Source: Archangium sp. (GTDB taxonomy: Bacteria; Myxococcota; Myxococcia; Myxococcales; Myxococcaceae). Taken from it: 18,359 nucleotides of DNA. Positions within the stretch are counted from its first letter, which is position 1, and every line of letters begins with the position of its first letter. Under the pieces are notes generated by a model that was given only the letters and a program-made list of their open reading frames with translations, was not told where the DNA came from and made no database searches. The translations under genes were made by a program, and so were the position numbers. Below, piece after piece: positions 1-8,094 of this stretch. The stretch covers positions 1-18,359 of the forward strand of contig JANLPS010000402.1 of assembly GCA_031367385.1 (NCBI GenBank). Direction: 5' to 3'.

Positions 1-123
1 GCCCTCGCGGCGCGCCGCGTACACAGCTGCCATGCCACCCTGCGCGATGGCCGCAACGATTCGGTAACGGTCGACGTTTTCACCCGCTCGGGGCAGTGCT
101 GCGAGTGCCGCGACGGCAGGCAT
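1..123 (-). CDS. Serine/threonine protein kinase (Hanks-type), N-terminal part only; gene continues beyond the left edge
   Basis: Not in the ORF track. Manual translation of the minus strand from ATG at 123 gives MPAVAALAALPRAGENVDRYRIVAAIAQGGMAAVYAARREG, matching the RY-x-I...GGM-x-x-VY-x-A glycine-rich loop (subdomain I) of bacterial Ser/Thr kinases. Confidence 0.8.
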   Translation of the reverse strand, partial: MPAVAALAALPRAGENVDRYRIVAAIAQGGMAAVYAARREG

Positions 124-195
124 CGGGCGATTGTGACAGCTGGTGGTATCGCGGGCAACACACGGTGAGCGCGCTGAGATACCCTCAGTCACACG

Positions 196-1182
196 ATGGG
201 TCGCGTGGCGTGCTTGGTGTGGGTGTTGACCGCAACGGGCTGTTTGCTGCCGTTCGACCCTGCCTTGCTCGACGGCGGCCAAGCCAGCGGCACGTGCGGC
301 GATGAGTCGCTCTGTGGTTCGGTGCCCTGTTGCCAGCGGGCGGCGGTGCCTCGAAGCACGTACGACCGAGGGTATGACCTGAGCAACCGCGCCACCCAGC
401 CAGATGCCGGCAGCAGCGTCGTCGGGTGGCAACCAGCGGGCGCCGCGCCGGCCACGATTTCGGCCTTCGAGCTCGACGTGTTCGAAGTCACCATTTCTCG
501 GTTTCGAATATTTCTGGCCAGCTACGACGCGTGGCGTGCTGCGGGCAACCCGAGCGCCGGCGCGGGGGCGAACCCGCATCTGGCCAACAGCGGCTGGGCG
601 AGCGAATGGTCGGCCCAGCTGCCGGCGAGTGCGGTGGCGCTCTCGGCCGCCGCGGCCTGTGAAGACGGCCAGTGGACCAGTGGGCCCGGCACGCGAGAGC
701 ACGAGCCGATGGTGTGCGTGTCGTGGTTCGAAGCGATGGCGTACTGCATTTGGCAAGGGGGGCGATTGCCGACTGAAGCCGAGTGGAACTTGGCGGCGAC
801 GGGAGGCGAAGAGCAGCGCGCTTTCCCATGGTCTGCACCAGCTCAATCGCTGAGCGTCGATGCCACGCATGCGGTGTTTGGCGGGGGCTCCATTCAAAGC
901 GTCGGCAGCAAGGCCGAGGTCGATTCGAGCCGCTGGGGCCACCACGATTTGGCCGGCAACGTGCGCGAATGGGTGCTCGACTTCTCGCCCGATGAGCCCT
1001 TCGGGTATTCAGGCCAAGCGGCTCCGCCTTGCGTTGACTGCGCGAATCTTACCCCTGGGGCCGCTCGAATTCGCCGCGGAGGCGCGTTCGATACCGACGC
1101 GACCCGATTGCGCACCGCCTACCGAAGCGCCTCGCCGCCGAACGAACGAGCGGCCCAGGTCGGCTTTCGCTGCGCGCGATAA
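196..1182 (+). CDS. FGE-sulfatase domain (SUMF1/EgtB/PvdO-like, C-type-lectin fold) lipoprotein
   Basis: Lipobox-like LTATG-C after a hydrophobic stretch. Family motifs FEVT..F..F, P.VCVSWFEA.AYC.W.GGRLPTEAEW, DLAGNVREW, RRGGAF and terminal GFRCAR. Confidence 0.88.
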   Translation: MGRVACLVWVLTATGCLLPFDPALLDGGQASGTCGDESLCGSVPCCQRAAVPRSTYDRGYDLSNRATQPDAGSSVVGWQPAGAAPATISAFELDVFEVTISRFRIFLASYDAWRAAGNPSAGAGANPHLANSGWASEWSAQLPASAVALSAAAACEDGQWTSGPGTREHEPMVCVSWFEAMAYCIWQGGRLPTEAEWNLAATGGEEQRAFPWSAPAQSLSVDATHAVFGGGSIQSVGSKAEVDSSRWGHHDLAGNVREWVLDFSPDEPFGYSGQAAPPCVDCANLTPGAARIRRGGAFDTDATRLRTAYRSASPPNERAAQVGFRCAR

Positions 1183-1190
1183 ACGGGTCA

Positions 1191-1245
1191 CCCTGCGCCA
1201 GGGAGAAAGCCCCTCCACTGGAGGGGTCGGGCCCTCCATCAGGGG
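1191..1245. promoter_or_regulatory. Three phased CCCT-N5/7-AGGG inverted repeats; candidate upstream activator sites
   Basis: CCCTG-cgc-CAGGG (1191-1203), perfect CCCCTCCA-c-TGGAGGGG (1210-1226) and CCCT-ccatc-AGGG (1232-1244). Centres at about 1197, 1218 and 1238. Confidence 0.5.
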
Positions 1246-1267
1246 TTGCGAACAGGGTGGTTGCGCT

Positions 1268-1283
1268 GGGCACACCGCTTGCT
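1268..1283 (+). promoter_or_regulatory. Putative sigma54 (-24/-12) promoter
   Basis: GGGCACACCGCTTGCT: GG at 1269-1270 and GC at 1281-1282 with exactly 10 nt between. Close to consensus TGGCAC-N5-TTGCW and immediately upstream of ATG 1297. Confidence 0.6.
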
Positions 1284-1296
1284 GCCGGGCACTGTC

Positions 1297-2862
1297 ATGC
1301 GCAGCGTCGTTCAAAGGGCCCTTCTTGCAGTGGTGCTGGCGGCGTGTGGCGCGGGTACACCAGGTGCCGAGCAGGGCTCGCCTGATGGGTCAACGTTGGC
1401 TCTCGATGCGGGTCAAGCAGGCCCCGATGCTGGCGCACACGACTCCGGTGTGGCCGCCACCGATGCGGGGAGCCGCCTGAGCGCAGATGCAGGCAGCCCC
1501 GACGCTGGCGGCTCGAGCGCTGGAGCCAGCGTCGATGCCGGTCTCGTCGATGCGGGCCGCCCATCGGTCGACGCCGGTCAGCCGAGTGGCGATTGCACAC
1601 TGGCGTCGGTTCGCTGTGTCGGCGCCGCTCGAGAATACGCCACCATTCAAGCCGCGACCAACGCCGCCACGGCCGGAGACACCGTGCTCGTCTTCGCTGG
1701 CCACTACCGCGGGTTTCAAATTCGCGCCTCGGGCGAGCCGGGTCGCCCGATCGTCTTTCGCGCCGCCGACACGAACGTCATCATCGACTCGGCGATTGTG
1801 AGCGGCAGCGGCATTCTCTCTGATTGCACCGATGCCCCGACCGGTATCTGCATCGTCGGCGTCGGAGACCTCGAAGGCCTGCACGACCTGGTGGTCGAGA
1901 ACTTTCGCATCGAGAACATGGGCAAGCGCTGCGTGGCCTCGCATCAGGCGAACCCAGGGTTCATCGGCACCAGCAGCCCGCACCAGCGCATCACCCTGCG
2001 CGGGTTAATCTGCGTCAATGCCGGCCACGAAGGGCTCTACCTCTCGGAGCTCTACGACTCGCTCATCGAGAACAACGAGGTGCTCAACGCGGGCGCCGAT
2101 GGCACCGACCGCGGGCACGGCATCTACCTGGCGAACGCCGGGTGCGACAAGACGGTCATTCGAGGCAACTTCATTCACTGGGAAGGCAAGGTCGGCCCCC
2201 CCGAGGGCGCGGGCATTCACTTCAATGGCGACAGCTCGGTCGATGGCAATGGGGGTGGCGACGGGCTCATCACCGGCCTGGTGGTCGAGAACAACATCAT
2301 TCGCGGCTCAGGCCACAACGGGCTGAACATGGACGGTGTGCAGCGCTCGATCATTCGCAACAATGTGATTTCGGCCAACGCTCGCAACAGCATCGTCGTC
2401 TACGCGATTGACGCAGCCGCCGGCGCGAAGGACCTCATCATCGTGAACAACACGTTCGTCGTGCCGGCCAGCTCGAGCGGCGCAGCGATCAAGCTCGAAC
2501 AAGATCTCGGCGGTCACACCCTCTTCAACAACGTGCTCGTGAACCTCTCAAGTGGGCCGGCGATTTCAGTCGCGAATGACTCGTTCACCAGCGACTTCAA
2601 CGTCACGATGGGTACGTTTGAAATCGACTCGTCGACAGTGAGCGCCAGCGCGTGGAACACCGCGGGCCATGACACCCACTCGCACGTCAGCACCGGCCCG
2701 GCGTTGTTCGTCACGGCCACTGATTTTCATGCGAAGAACGGGGCCCTGTCGATTGACCGCGGCACGGGCAGCGTGGGCTCGGTGAGCGCTCCAACGAGCG
2801 ACGCAGACGGTATCGCTCGGCCGCAGGGCGATCAGATCGACATTGGCGCGTACGAACGTTGA
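1297..2862 (+). CDS. Lipoprotein with DAG-repeat linker, right-handed parallel beta-helix domain (pectin-lyase-like fold) and C-terminal DIGAYE (choice-of-anchor Q-like) tail
   Basis: Start moved to ATG 1297 (MRSVVQRALLAVVLAA-C lipobox). TIQAA..A.AGDTVLV..G.Y cap motif, repeated IENN/IRGN/VENN/IRNN/IVNN/LFNN coils with HGIYL and GIHF, and terminal D.DG..RPQG..IDIGAYE. Confidence 0.85.
   Translation: MRSVVQRALLAVVLAACGAGTPGAEQGSPDGSTLALDAGQAGPDAGAHDSGVAATDAGSRLSADAGSPDAGGSSAGASVDAGLVDAGRPSVDAGQPSGDCTLASVRCVGAAREYATIQAATNAATAGDTVLVFAGHYRGFQIRASGEPGRPIVFRAADTNVIIDSAIVSGSGILSDCTDAPTGICIVGVGDLEGLHDLVVENFRIENMGKRCVASHQANPGFIGTSSPHQRITLRGLICVNAGHEGLYLSELYDSLIENNEVLNAGADGTDRGHGIYLANAGCDKTVIRGNFIHWEGKVGPPEGAGIHFNGDSSVDGNGGGDGLITGLVVENNIIRGSGHNGLNMDGVQRSIIRNNVISANARNSIVVYAIDAAAGAKDLIIVNNTFVVPASSSGAAIKLEQDLGGHTLFNNVLVNLSSGPAISVANDSFTSDFNVTMGTFEIDSSTVSASAWNTAGHDTHSHVSTGPALFVTATDFHAKNGALSIDRGTGSVGSVSAPTSDADGIARPQGDQIDIGAYER
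1405..1578 (+). repeat. Low-complexity DAG-repeat linker (8 DAG plus 1 DSG) within the beta-helix lipoprotein
   Basis: LDAGQAGPDAGAHDSGVAATDAGSRLSADAGSPDAGGSSAGASVDAGLVDAGRPSVDAG in the translation. Confidence 0.75.
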
Positions 2863-2869
2863 GCCGGGG

Positions 2870-3331
2870 CTACTTCTTCGCGCCCTTCATGAACGCCTCG
2901 CCGGCCTTGCGCTGCTCTTCGGCGGTCATGTCTTTGACGTGTTTGGCGATGTTCCACTTGATGCCGAAGCGGTCTTTGACGGTGCCCGACCGGTCACCCC
3001 AGAACTGATCAGTCATCGGCATCAGCACCGTGCACCCGGCCTCGACGGCGCGGGTGAAGATGAAGTCGGCGTCGCTCGCATAGAGCCAGAGGGTCGCGGG
3101 TGACGCAGGGTCTCCGCCCCACTCGGGGAAGGCGTCGTTGCAGAAGAACGAGGTGTCGTTGATGCGGAGCGTGGCGTGCATCACCTTCTTGCCCGACTCG
3201 TCCATCGCTTTGTCGACGACCTCGGCGTTGAAGATTTTCTTGTAGAACTCAATCGCCTCGCTCGCGTTCGGCACGGTGAGCTGCGCGGTGACACTGGTCA
3301 GCCCCTTGGGCACTGCATTGATCTCGGCCAT
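2870..3331 (-). CDS. VOC/glyoxalase family protein (PhnB-like)
   Basis: Motifs AIEFYKKIF.A, VMHATLRI, AVEAG.TV.MP.TDQFWGDRSG.VKD.FG..W.I. AGGGGG RBS-like sequence upstream on the minus strand. Confidence 0.9.
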   Translation of the reverse strand: MAEINAVPKGLTSVTAQLTVPNASEAIEFYKKIFNAEVVDKAMDESGKKVMHATLRINDTSFFCNDAFPEWGGDPASPATLWLYASDADFIFTRAVEAGCTVLMPMTDQFWGDRSGTVKDRFGIKWNIAKHVKDMTAEEQRKAGEAFMKGAKK

Positions 3332-3375
3332 GTGTGTGTGAACCCCCTGTGCCTGCCTACATTACTCGCAAGGAA

Positions 3376-3396
3376 AATCATTTCATTGAAGTGATT
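3376..3396. promoter_or_regulatory. 21-bp imperfect palindrome (candidate operator) between the divergent VOC gene and pntA
   Basis: AATCATTTCA-T-TGAAGTGATT with 9 of 10 arm positions complementary. It is AT-rich in a GC-rich context and overlaps a TTGAAG -35-like hexamer. Confidence 0.55.
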
Positions 3397-3421
3397 GGCG
3401 GCGCGCGGCGATTATGCCGCC

Positions 3422-4999
3422 GTGCCTGTCGCCATCATTGGAGTCCCTCGAGAAACCGCTGATGCCGAGCGTCGCGTTGCCGCCACTCCCGAGTCGGTCA
3501 AGAAGCTCAAAGATCGCGGCGTGATCATTCGCGTCGAGAAAGGCGCCGGCCTCGCCTCGGGTATCAGCGACGAAGCCTATGCCTCGGCGGGCGCTGAGCT
3601 CGTCGATGACGCGTTCACAGCGCCAGTCGTGATCAAAGTGCGGCCTCCGACGATGGCCGAGGTCGAGCGGCTGCAGCCCGAGTCGCTGCTGGTCAGCATG
3701 CTGCAACCCGAGCGGAACCCCGGCCTGCTCGAGGCCCTCGCGGCCCGAAAGGTCGACGCGATCGCTCTCGAGCGCGTGCCCCGCATCACCCGCGCCCAGA
3801 AGATGGACGTGCTGTCGTCGATGGCGAACCTCGCCGGCTACCGCGCGGTGCTCGAGGCCTCGCACCTCTATCAAGGCTTCTTCGGCCCGCAGGTCACCGC
3901 GGCCGGCTCGGCGCCTCCGGCCAAGGTGCTGGTGATCGGAGCGGGCGTGGCGGGCCTCGCTGCCATCGGCGCCGCGCGCGCGTTGGGCGCACAGGTTCGC
4001 GCCTTCGACACCCGTGCCGCGGCGCGTGAGCAGGTCGAGAGCCTGGGCGCGACGTTTCTCGAGGTCACCCTCAAAGAAAGCGGCGAAGGCACCGGCGGCT
4101 ACGCGAAGGTGATGAGCCCCGAGTTCATCGAAGCCGAGATGGCGCTCTTTCGCGCACAGGCCAAAGAGGTCGATGTGATCATCTCGACCGCGTTGGTGCC
4201 CGGCGCCAGAGCACCGATTCTGTTGCCCCGCGATGTCGTCGAGTGTCTCAAGCCCGGCTCGGTGATCATCGACATGGCGGCCGAGCAAGGCGGCAACTGC
4301 GAGCTGTGCGTGCCCGACACAGTGGTCGACCACCACGGCGTGAAGATCGTCGGGTACACCGACCTGGTCAGCCGCATGGCCAGCACCGCCAGCCGCTTCT
4401 TCGCGATGAACGTGTATCACTTGCTCGGCGAGCTCGGCCCCGAGGCCAACCAGCTCAACCTCGAGAACGACGTGGTGCGGCCTTCGCTGCTGGTGCACGA
4501 GGGGGCGAAGCTGCCGCCGCCGCCTCCGAAAGAGGCGCTGCCCAAGGCGCCGAAGGTGCTGCCGCCACCAGCCGATGCCAAGCCCGCGCAGCGCGACCTC
4601 CGCTCGCCGACCCGTCGCGCCTGGGGCACGACCATCGGCAGCTTCGTGCTGATCGCGGTGCTGTTCGTGCTCGGCCGGTTCGCGCCGCGCGAGTTCTTGC
4701 AGCACTCGACGGTCTTCGTGCTCGCCTGCTTCGTTGGCTGGCAGGTGGTCTGGTCGGTGACGCCCTCGCTGCACACGCCGCTGATGGCGGTGACCAACGC
4801 GATCTCAGGCATCATCATCGTCGGAGGCCTGCTGCAGGTAGGCCCAGGGCTCAGCCTGGGCACCGTGCTCGGTCTGGTGGCGGTGCTCTTCGCGGCGATC
4901 AACATCGCGGGCGGCTTTCTGGTGACCCACCGCATGCTGAAGATGTTTCGGCGTGACGAGAAGTCGACCTTGCCAGCGAAGAGCGGAGGCCACCGATGA
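3422..4999 (+). CDS. pntA: NAD(P) transhydrogenase subunit alpha (single-chain dI plus membrane part)
   Basis: IGVPRE...[39 protein letters not shown] (NAD-binding), GGYAK, GGNCE and [14 protein letters not shown]. Start taken at GTG 3422 rather than TTG 3395. Confidence 0.96.
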   Translation: MPVAIIGVPRETADAERRVAATPESVKKLKDRGVIIRVEKGAGLASGISDEAYASAGAELVDDAFTAPVVIKVRPPTMAEVERLQPESLLVSMLQPERNPGLLEALAARKVDAIALERVPRITRAQKMDVLSSMANLAGYRAVLEASHLYQGFFGPQVTAAGSAPPAKVLVIGAGVAGLAAIGAARALGAQVRAFDTRAAAREQVESLGATFLEVTLKESGEGTGGYAKVMSPEFIEAEMALFRAQAKEVDVIISTALVPGARAPILLPRDVVECLKPGSVIIDMAAEQGGNCELCVPDTVVDHHGVKIVGYTDLVSRMASTASRFFAMNVYHLLGELGPEANQLNLENDVVRPSLLVHEGAKLPPPPPKEALPKAPKVLPPPADAKPAQRDLRSPTRRAWGTTIGSFVLIAVLFVLGRFAPREFLQHSTVFVLACFVGWQVVWSVTPSLHTPLMAVTNAISGIIIVGGLLQVGPGLSLGTVLGLVAVLFAAINIAGGFLVTHRMLKMFRRDEKSTLPAKSGGHR

Positions 5000-6438
5000 A
5001 CGGCCTGATGATCGTGGCCTACCTCGCGGCGGGCGTGCTCTTCATTCGATCGCTGGGCGGTTTGTCGAAGCAAGAAACCTCACAGCTCGGCAACACCTAC
5101 GGCGTCGCTGGCATGATCATCGCGGTGCTGGTGGCGGGTGCGGTCTGGTTTCTGCGCGAGAGCAACTTCCTCGCCTCCGACGGCGACCTGAAGTTCCCCA
5201 ACTCCCTCGGGTTCTTGATTGGCGCGATGGCCTTGGGCGGCGTGATCGGCGCCACCCTCGCCCGCCGGGTCGAGATGACCGGCATGCCTGAGCTGGTCGC
5301 GGTGCTGCACAGCTTCGTCGGCCTGGCGGCAGTGCTGGTCGGCATCTCGTCATACCTGCAGCCGTTCGGCGTGAAGCAAGACCTGCCGATCGAGCACACG
5401 GTGCATTTGATCGAAGTCTGGGTCGGCGTCGCGGTTGGCGCGATCACCCTCACCGGCTCGATCATCGCGTGGGCCAAGCTCAAGGGCACCATCGGCGGCA
5501 AGCCGTTGCTGTTGCCGGCGCGCCACCTGCTCAACGCGGCGATGGCGGCGTGCATCTTCGCGCTCGCGGTGCCGTTCATTCAGTCTGAAGACGGCACGGG
5601 CCTCAAGTTCTTGCTGGCAATGACCGCGGTGGCCTGCGTGCTCGGCGTACACCTGGTGATGGCCATCGGCGGAGCGGACATGCCGGTCGTGGTCTCGCTG
5701 CTCAACAGCTACTCGGGCTGGGCAGCGGCGGCGGCGGGGTTCATGCTCGCCAATGACTTGCTGATCGTCACCGGCGCGTTGGTCGGCGCCAGCGGCACCA
5801 TTCTCTCGATCATCATGTGCCGCGCGATGAACCGCTCGATTCTCAACGTGGTGTTCGGAGGTTTCGGCACCGGCGATTCGAAGCCCGGCCCCGCCGCGCA
5901 GATGGTCGGCGAGGTGCGCGAGGTGAAGAACGACGAGCTGGCCCAGAAGCTGCGCGAAGCGAAGAGCGTGGTGATCGTGCCGGGCTACGGCATGGCGGTT
6001 TCTCGGGCGCAAGGCGCGGTCAAAGAGCTCACCAATTCACTGCGCGAGCAGGGCGTGAACGTGCGCTTCGCGATTCACCCCGTCGCGGGTCGCTTGCCTG
6101 GCCACATGAACGTGCTGCTCGCCGAGTCGGGCGTGCCTTACGACATCGTGATGGAGATGGAGCACATCAACCCCGATTTTCCGACCACCGACGTGGTGCT
6201 GGTCATCGGAGCGAACGACATCGTCAACCCGGGCGCGCTCAATGACCCCAACTCGAGCATCTACGGCATGCCCGTGCTCGAGGTGTGGAAGTCGAAGATG
6301 ACGGTGGTGCTCAAGCGCGGCATGGCGGCCGGGTATGCCGGCGTCGAGAACCCGCTGTTCTACATCGACAATACGCGCATGCTCTTCGGCGACGCGCGCA
6401 AGTCGATCGAGGCGTTGGTGCAGGCCGTGCGAAACTGA
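4996..6438 (+). CDS. pntB: NAD(P) transhydrogenase subunit beta
   Basis: [68 protein letters not shown] and [12 protein letters not shown] overlap with pntA. Confidence 0.97.
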   Translation: MNGLMIVAYLAAGVLFIRSLGGLSKQETSQLGNTYGVAGMIIAVLVAGAVWFLRESNFLASDGDLKFPNSLGFLIGAMALGGVIGATLARRVEMTGMPELVAVLHSFVGLAAVLVGISSYLQPFGVKQDLPIEHTVHLIEVWVGVAVGAITLTGSIIAWAKLKGTIGGKPLLLPARHLLNAAMAACIFALAVPFIQSEDGTGLKFLLAMTAVACVLGVHLVMAIGGADMPVVVSLLNSYSGWAAAAAGFMLANDLLIVTGALVGASGTILSIIMCRAMNRSILNVVFGGFGTGDSKPGPAAQMVGEVREVKNDELAQKLREAKSVVIVPGYGMAVSRAQGAVKELTNSLREQGVNVRFAIHPVAGRLPGHMNVLLAESGVPYDIVMEMEHINPDFPTTDVVLVIGANDIVNPGALNDPNSSIYGMPVLEVWKSKMTVVLKRGMAAGYAGVENPLFYIDNTRMLFGDARKSIEALVQAVRN

Positions 6439-6501
6439 ACGCGCTTCAAGTCGCGGCGAGCCCTCCCCGGGTGAGCGAGAACGGGCTAGGTTGTCTCCAC
6501 C

Positions 6502-7461
6502 GTGAGACATCATTTCAGCAAGGTCGAGCTGCAGAATCTGGGGCCGGTGAAGCGAGCGACGCTCGAGCTTGCTCCTTTACATGCGCTGATTGGCCCGAAC
6601 GACGCGGGCAAGACTACGACGTTGCGCGGTCTCCAGACGATGTGTGACCTGCTGAAGGGCGACCCGCAATCGTTTCAGACGCGCTTCGCCGAAAAGGGGA
6701 GCATCGACGCGACAGGGACTTCGTTTCGGTTCACGTATTCACGTGGTGGCGGGTTTGAGTATTTCGATCTTGTGGGTGGAGCGCTGGCGAGCCCTCCCGA
6801 CGATCGGCATGCCGAGGCCCTCTTGCTCCGGCTCGACCCGGACGAACTGCGCGTTGAGACGGACCTCATCGCCGACAACCAACGGCTGAGTCTTCTCAAT
6901 GAGCGCGGTCGCGGGTTAGGGGCACTCCTCGATGCAATCAACGCACGCGATGTTCAGAAGTACCTCTCAATCGAGCATGAGCTCGTGGCTCTTTTCCCGA
7001 GCGTAGCGGGCTTTCGCCTTTGGACGACGCCCAGCGGCCGCCGAATGGTCGGCGTACGCCTCAAGAATGGAGCAGAGATTCGGCCCGATCGAATGTCGGA
7101 GGGAATGCTCTATTTCCTCGCTTTCGCGGTTCTGAAGCACGTCTCGCCCGTCGCGCTCATATTGGTGGAGGAACCAGAGAACGGGTTGCACCCCTTACGA
7201 ATCGCTGACGTTATGAACGTGTTGAAAGAGGTCTCGAAGACGACGCAAATCGTCTTGGCAACGCACAGCCCACTGGTAGTCAACGAGCTTGAACCGAGCC
7301 AAGTCACTCTGGTGCGGCGCACCGAGGCCGAGGGCACGACGTTCACCCCTATCTCTCAAACCCTGAATTTCGAGAAACGTTCGAAGATCTACGCACTCGG
7401 CGAACTGTGGCTCAGCTACGCCAATGGCATTGACGATCGGCTGGAGTCGACCACGTCATGA
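6502..7461 (+). CDS. ABC-like AAA family ATPase (AAA_21/COG4637-like)
   Basis: N-terminal VELQNLG strand, Walker A LIGPNDAGKT, signature-like MSEG, Walker B/D-loop LILVEEPENGLHP, H-loop LATHSP and C-terminal LGELW. No transmembrane partner gene nearby. Confidence 0.88.
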   Translation: MRHHFSKVELQNLGPVKRATLELAPLHALIGPNDAGKTTTLRGLQTMCDLLKGDPQSFQTRFAEKGSIDATGTSFRFTYSRGGGFEYFDLVGGALASPPDDRHAEALLLRLDPDELRVETDLIADNQRLSLLNERGRGLGALLDAINARDVQKYLSIEHELVALFPSVAGFRLWTTPSGRRMVGVRLKNGAEIRPDRMSEGMLYFLAFAVLKHVSPVALILVEEPENGLHPLRIADVMNVLKEVSKTTQIVLATHSPLVVNELEPSQVTLVRRTEAEGTTFTPISQTLNFEKRSKIYALGELWLSYANGIDDRLESTTS

Positions 7462-8027
7462 AATTGTTCGTGGCGGGCGAGGGGGAGCACGAATTGGGGA
7501 AGTGGGTGGAGTCAGCCGAGAACCGAAGCAGTTCACGGAGGACCGATGGTGTGCTCGCCGAGCTCTTTCGCCTTTCACACCCTTCTGCAGCTGTACTCGG
7601 GGCGGTCGCCTGGCGAAGAATCGTCAAGTATCGAGCCGGCAAGCATGCGTCGAATGAAGAGCGCAACTGGCTTGGCGCACTGAACCAGGCCGAGGAGTCG
7701 GGAGCCGACGTCTTCATCTGGGCGCGTGATACCGATGGCGACTCCCACCGCGCCGACCAATTGCGCCGTGCTTCGACTTTTGCGGAGCCTTCGACCATGC
7801 AGATCGCGGGGGGCGTCGCAGACCCGTGCCTTGAGTCTTGGATGGTGGCGATCGCTCGGGCGCATGCCGACCCGGACTCATTGACTGTCTCGAAACTCGC
7901 GAAAATCGCGAGCGAGAACGAAATCGACAGCGAAGAACAAATGGTTGAGCTGGTGAAAGCCCGTGGGCAGGAGGGCAACTTTGGTTCGCCAAGCTTGCGG
8001 GCGGCTCATTCGTGCCGCACGCGTTAG
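7458..8027 (+). CDS. TOPRIM-like small protein (DUF4276/RloB-like), partner of the ATPase
   Basis: ATGA overlap with the ATPase stop. N-terminal LFVAGEG..E (conserved Glu after the first strand), DxD motif FIWARDTDGD, downstream LESW motif and a C-terminal SPS. Confidence 0.65.
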   Translation: MKLFVAGEGEHELGKWVESAENRSSSRRTDGVLAELFRLSHPSAAVLGAVAWRRIVKYRAGKHASNEERNWLGALNQAEESGADVFIWARDTDGDSHRADQLRRASTFAEPSTMQIAGGVADPCLESWMVAIARAHADPDSLTVSKLAKIASENEIDSEEQMVELVKARGQEGNFGSPSLRAAHSCRTR

Positions 8028-8094
8028 ACCTCGCAGCGATGAGAACTCATAGCTCTTGATCTGGCGCTGCCGACCGCGAGAACTCATGCCGGCC

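Noticed and set aside
196..1182. FGE/C-type-lectin-fold gene as the target of a diversity-generating retroelement
   Set aside because: No reverse transcriptase and no second, adenine-variant copy of the 3' region (template repeat) was seen in the window.
1210..1226. Rho-independent terminator after the FGE-like gene
   Set aside because: There is no U-tract and the repeat is one of three phased copies, so a DNA-binding site seems more likely. A terminator role is not fully excluded.
1405..1578. DAG-coding nucleotide repeats as a CRISPR-like or tandem DNA array
   Set aside because: The repeats are about 9 nt, in frame, variable at synonymous positions and irregularly spaced, so they are protein-level low complexity.
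3331..3340. (TG)5 dinucleotide run at the VOC start as a phase-variation tract
   Set aside because: Too short to support slipped-strand variation without population data.
3383..4774. Long antisense and alternate-frame ORFs (e.g. 3383-4774, 9294-10187, 12672-13499, 13522-14763)
   Set aside because: They shadow well-supported genes, are Arg/Ala/Gly-rich without motifs, and are expected in high-GC coding DNA.
6440..8094. Insertion sequence or transposon call for the cassette
   Set aside because: No transposase or integrase ORF and no terminal inverted repeats were recognised. Only the direct-repeat scar is supported.
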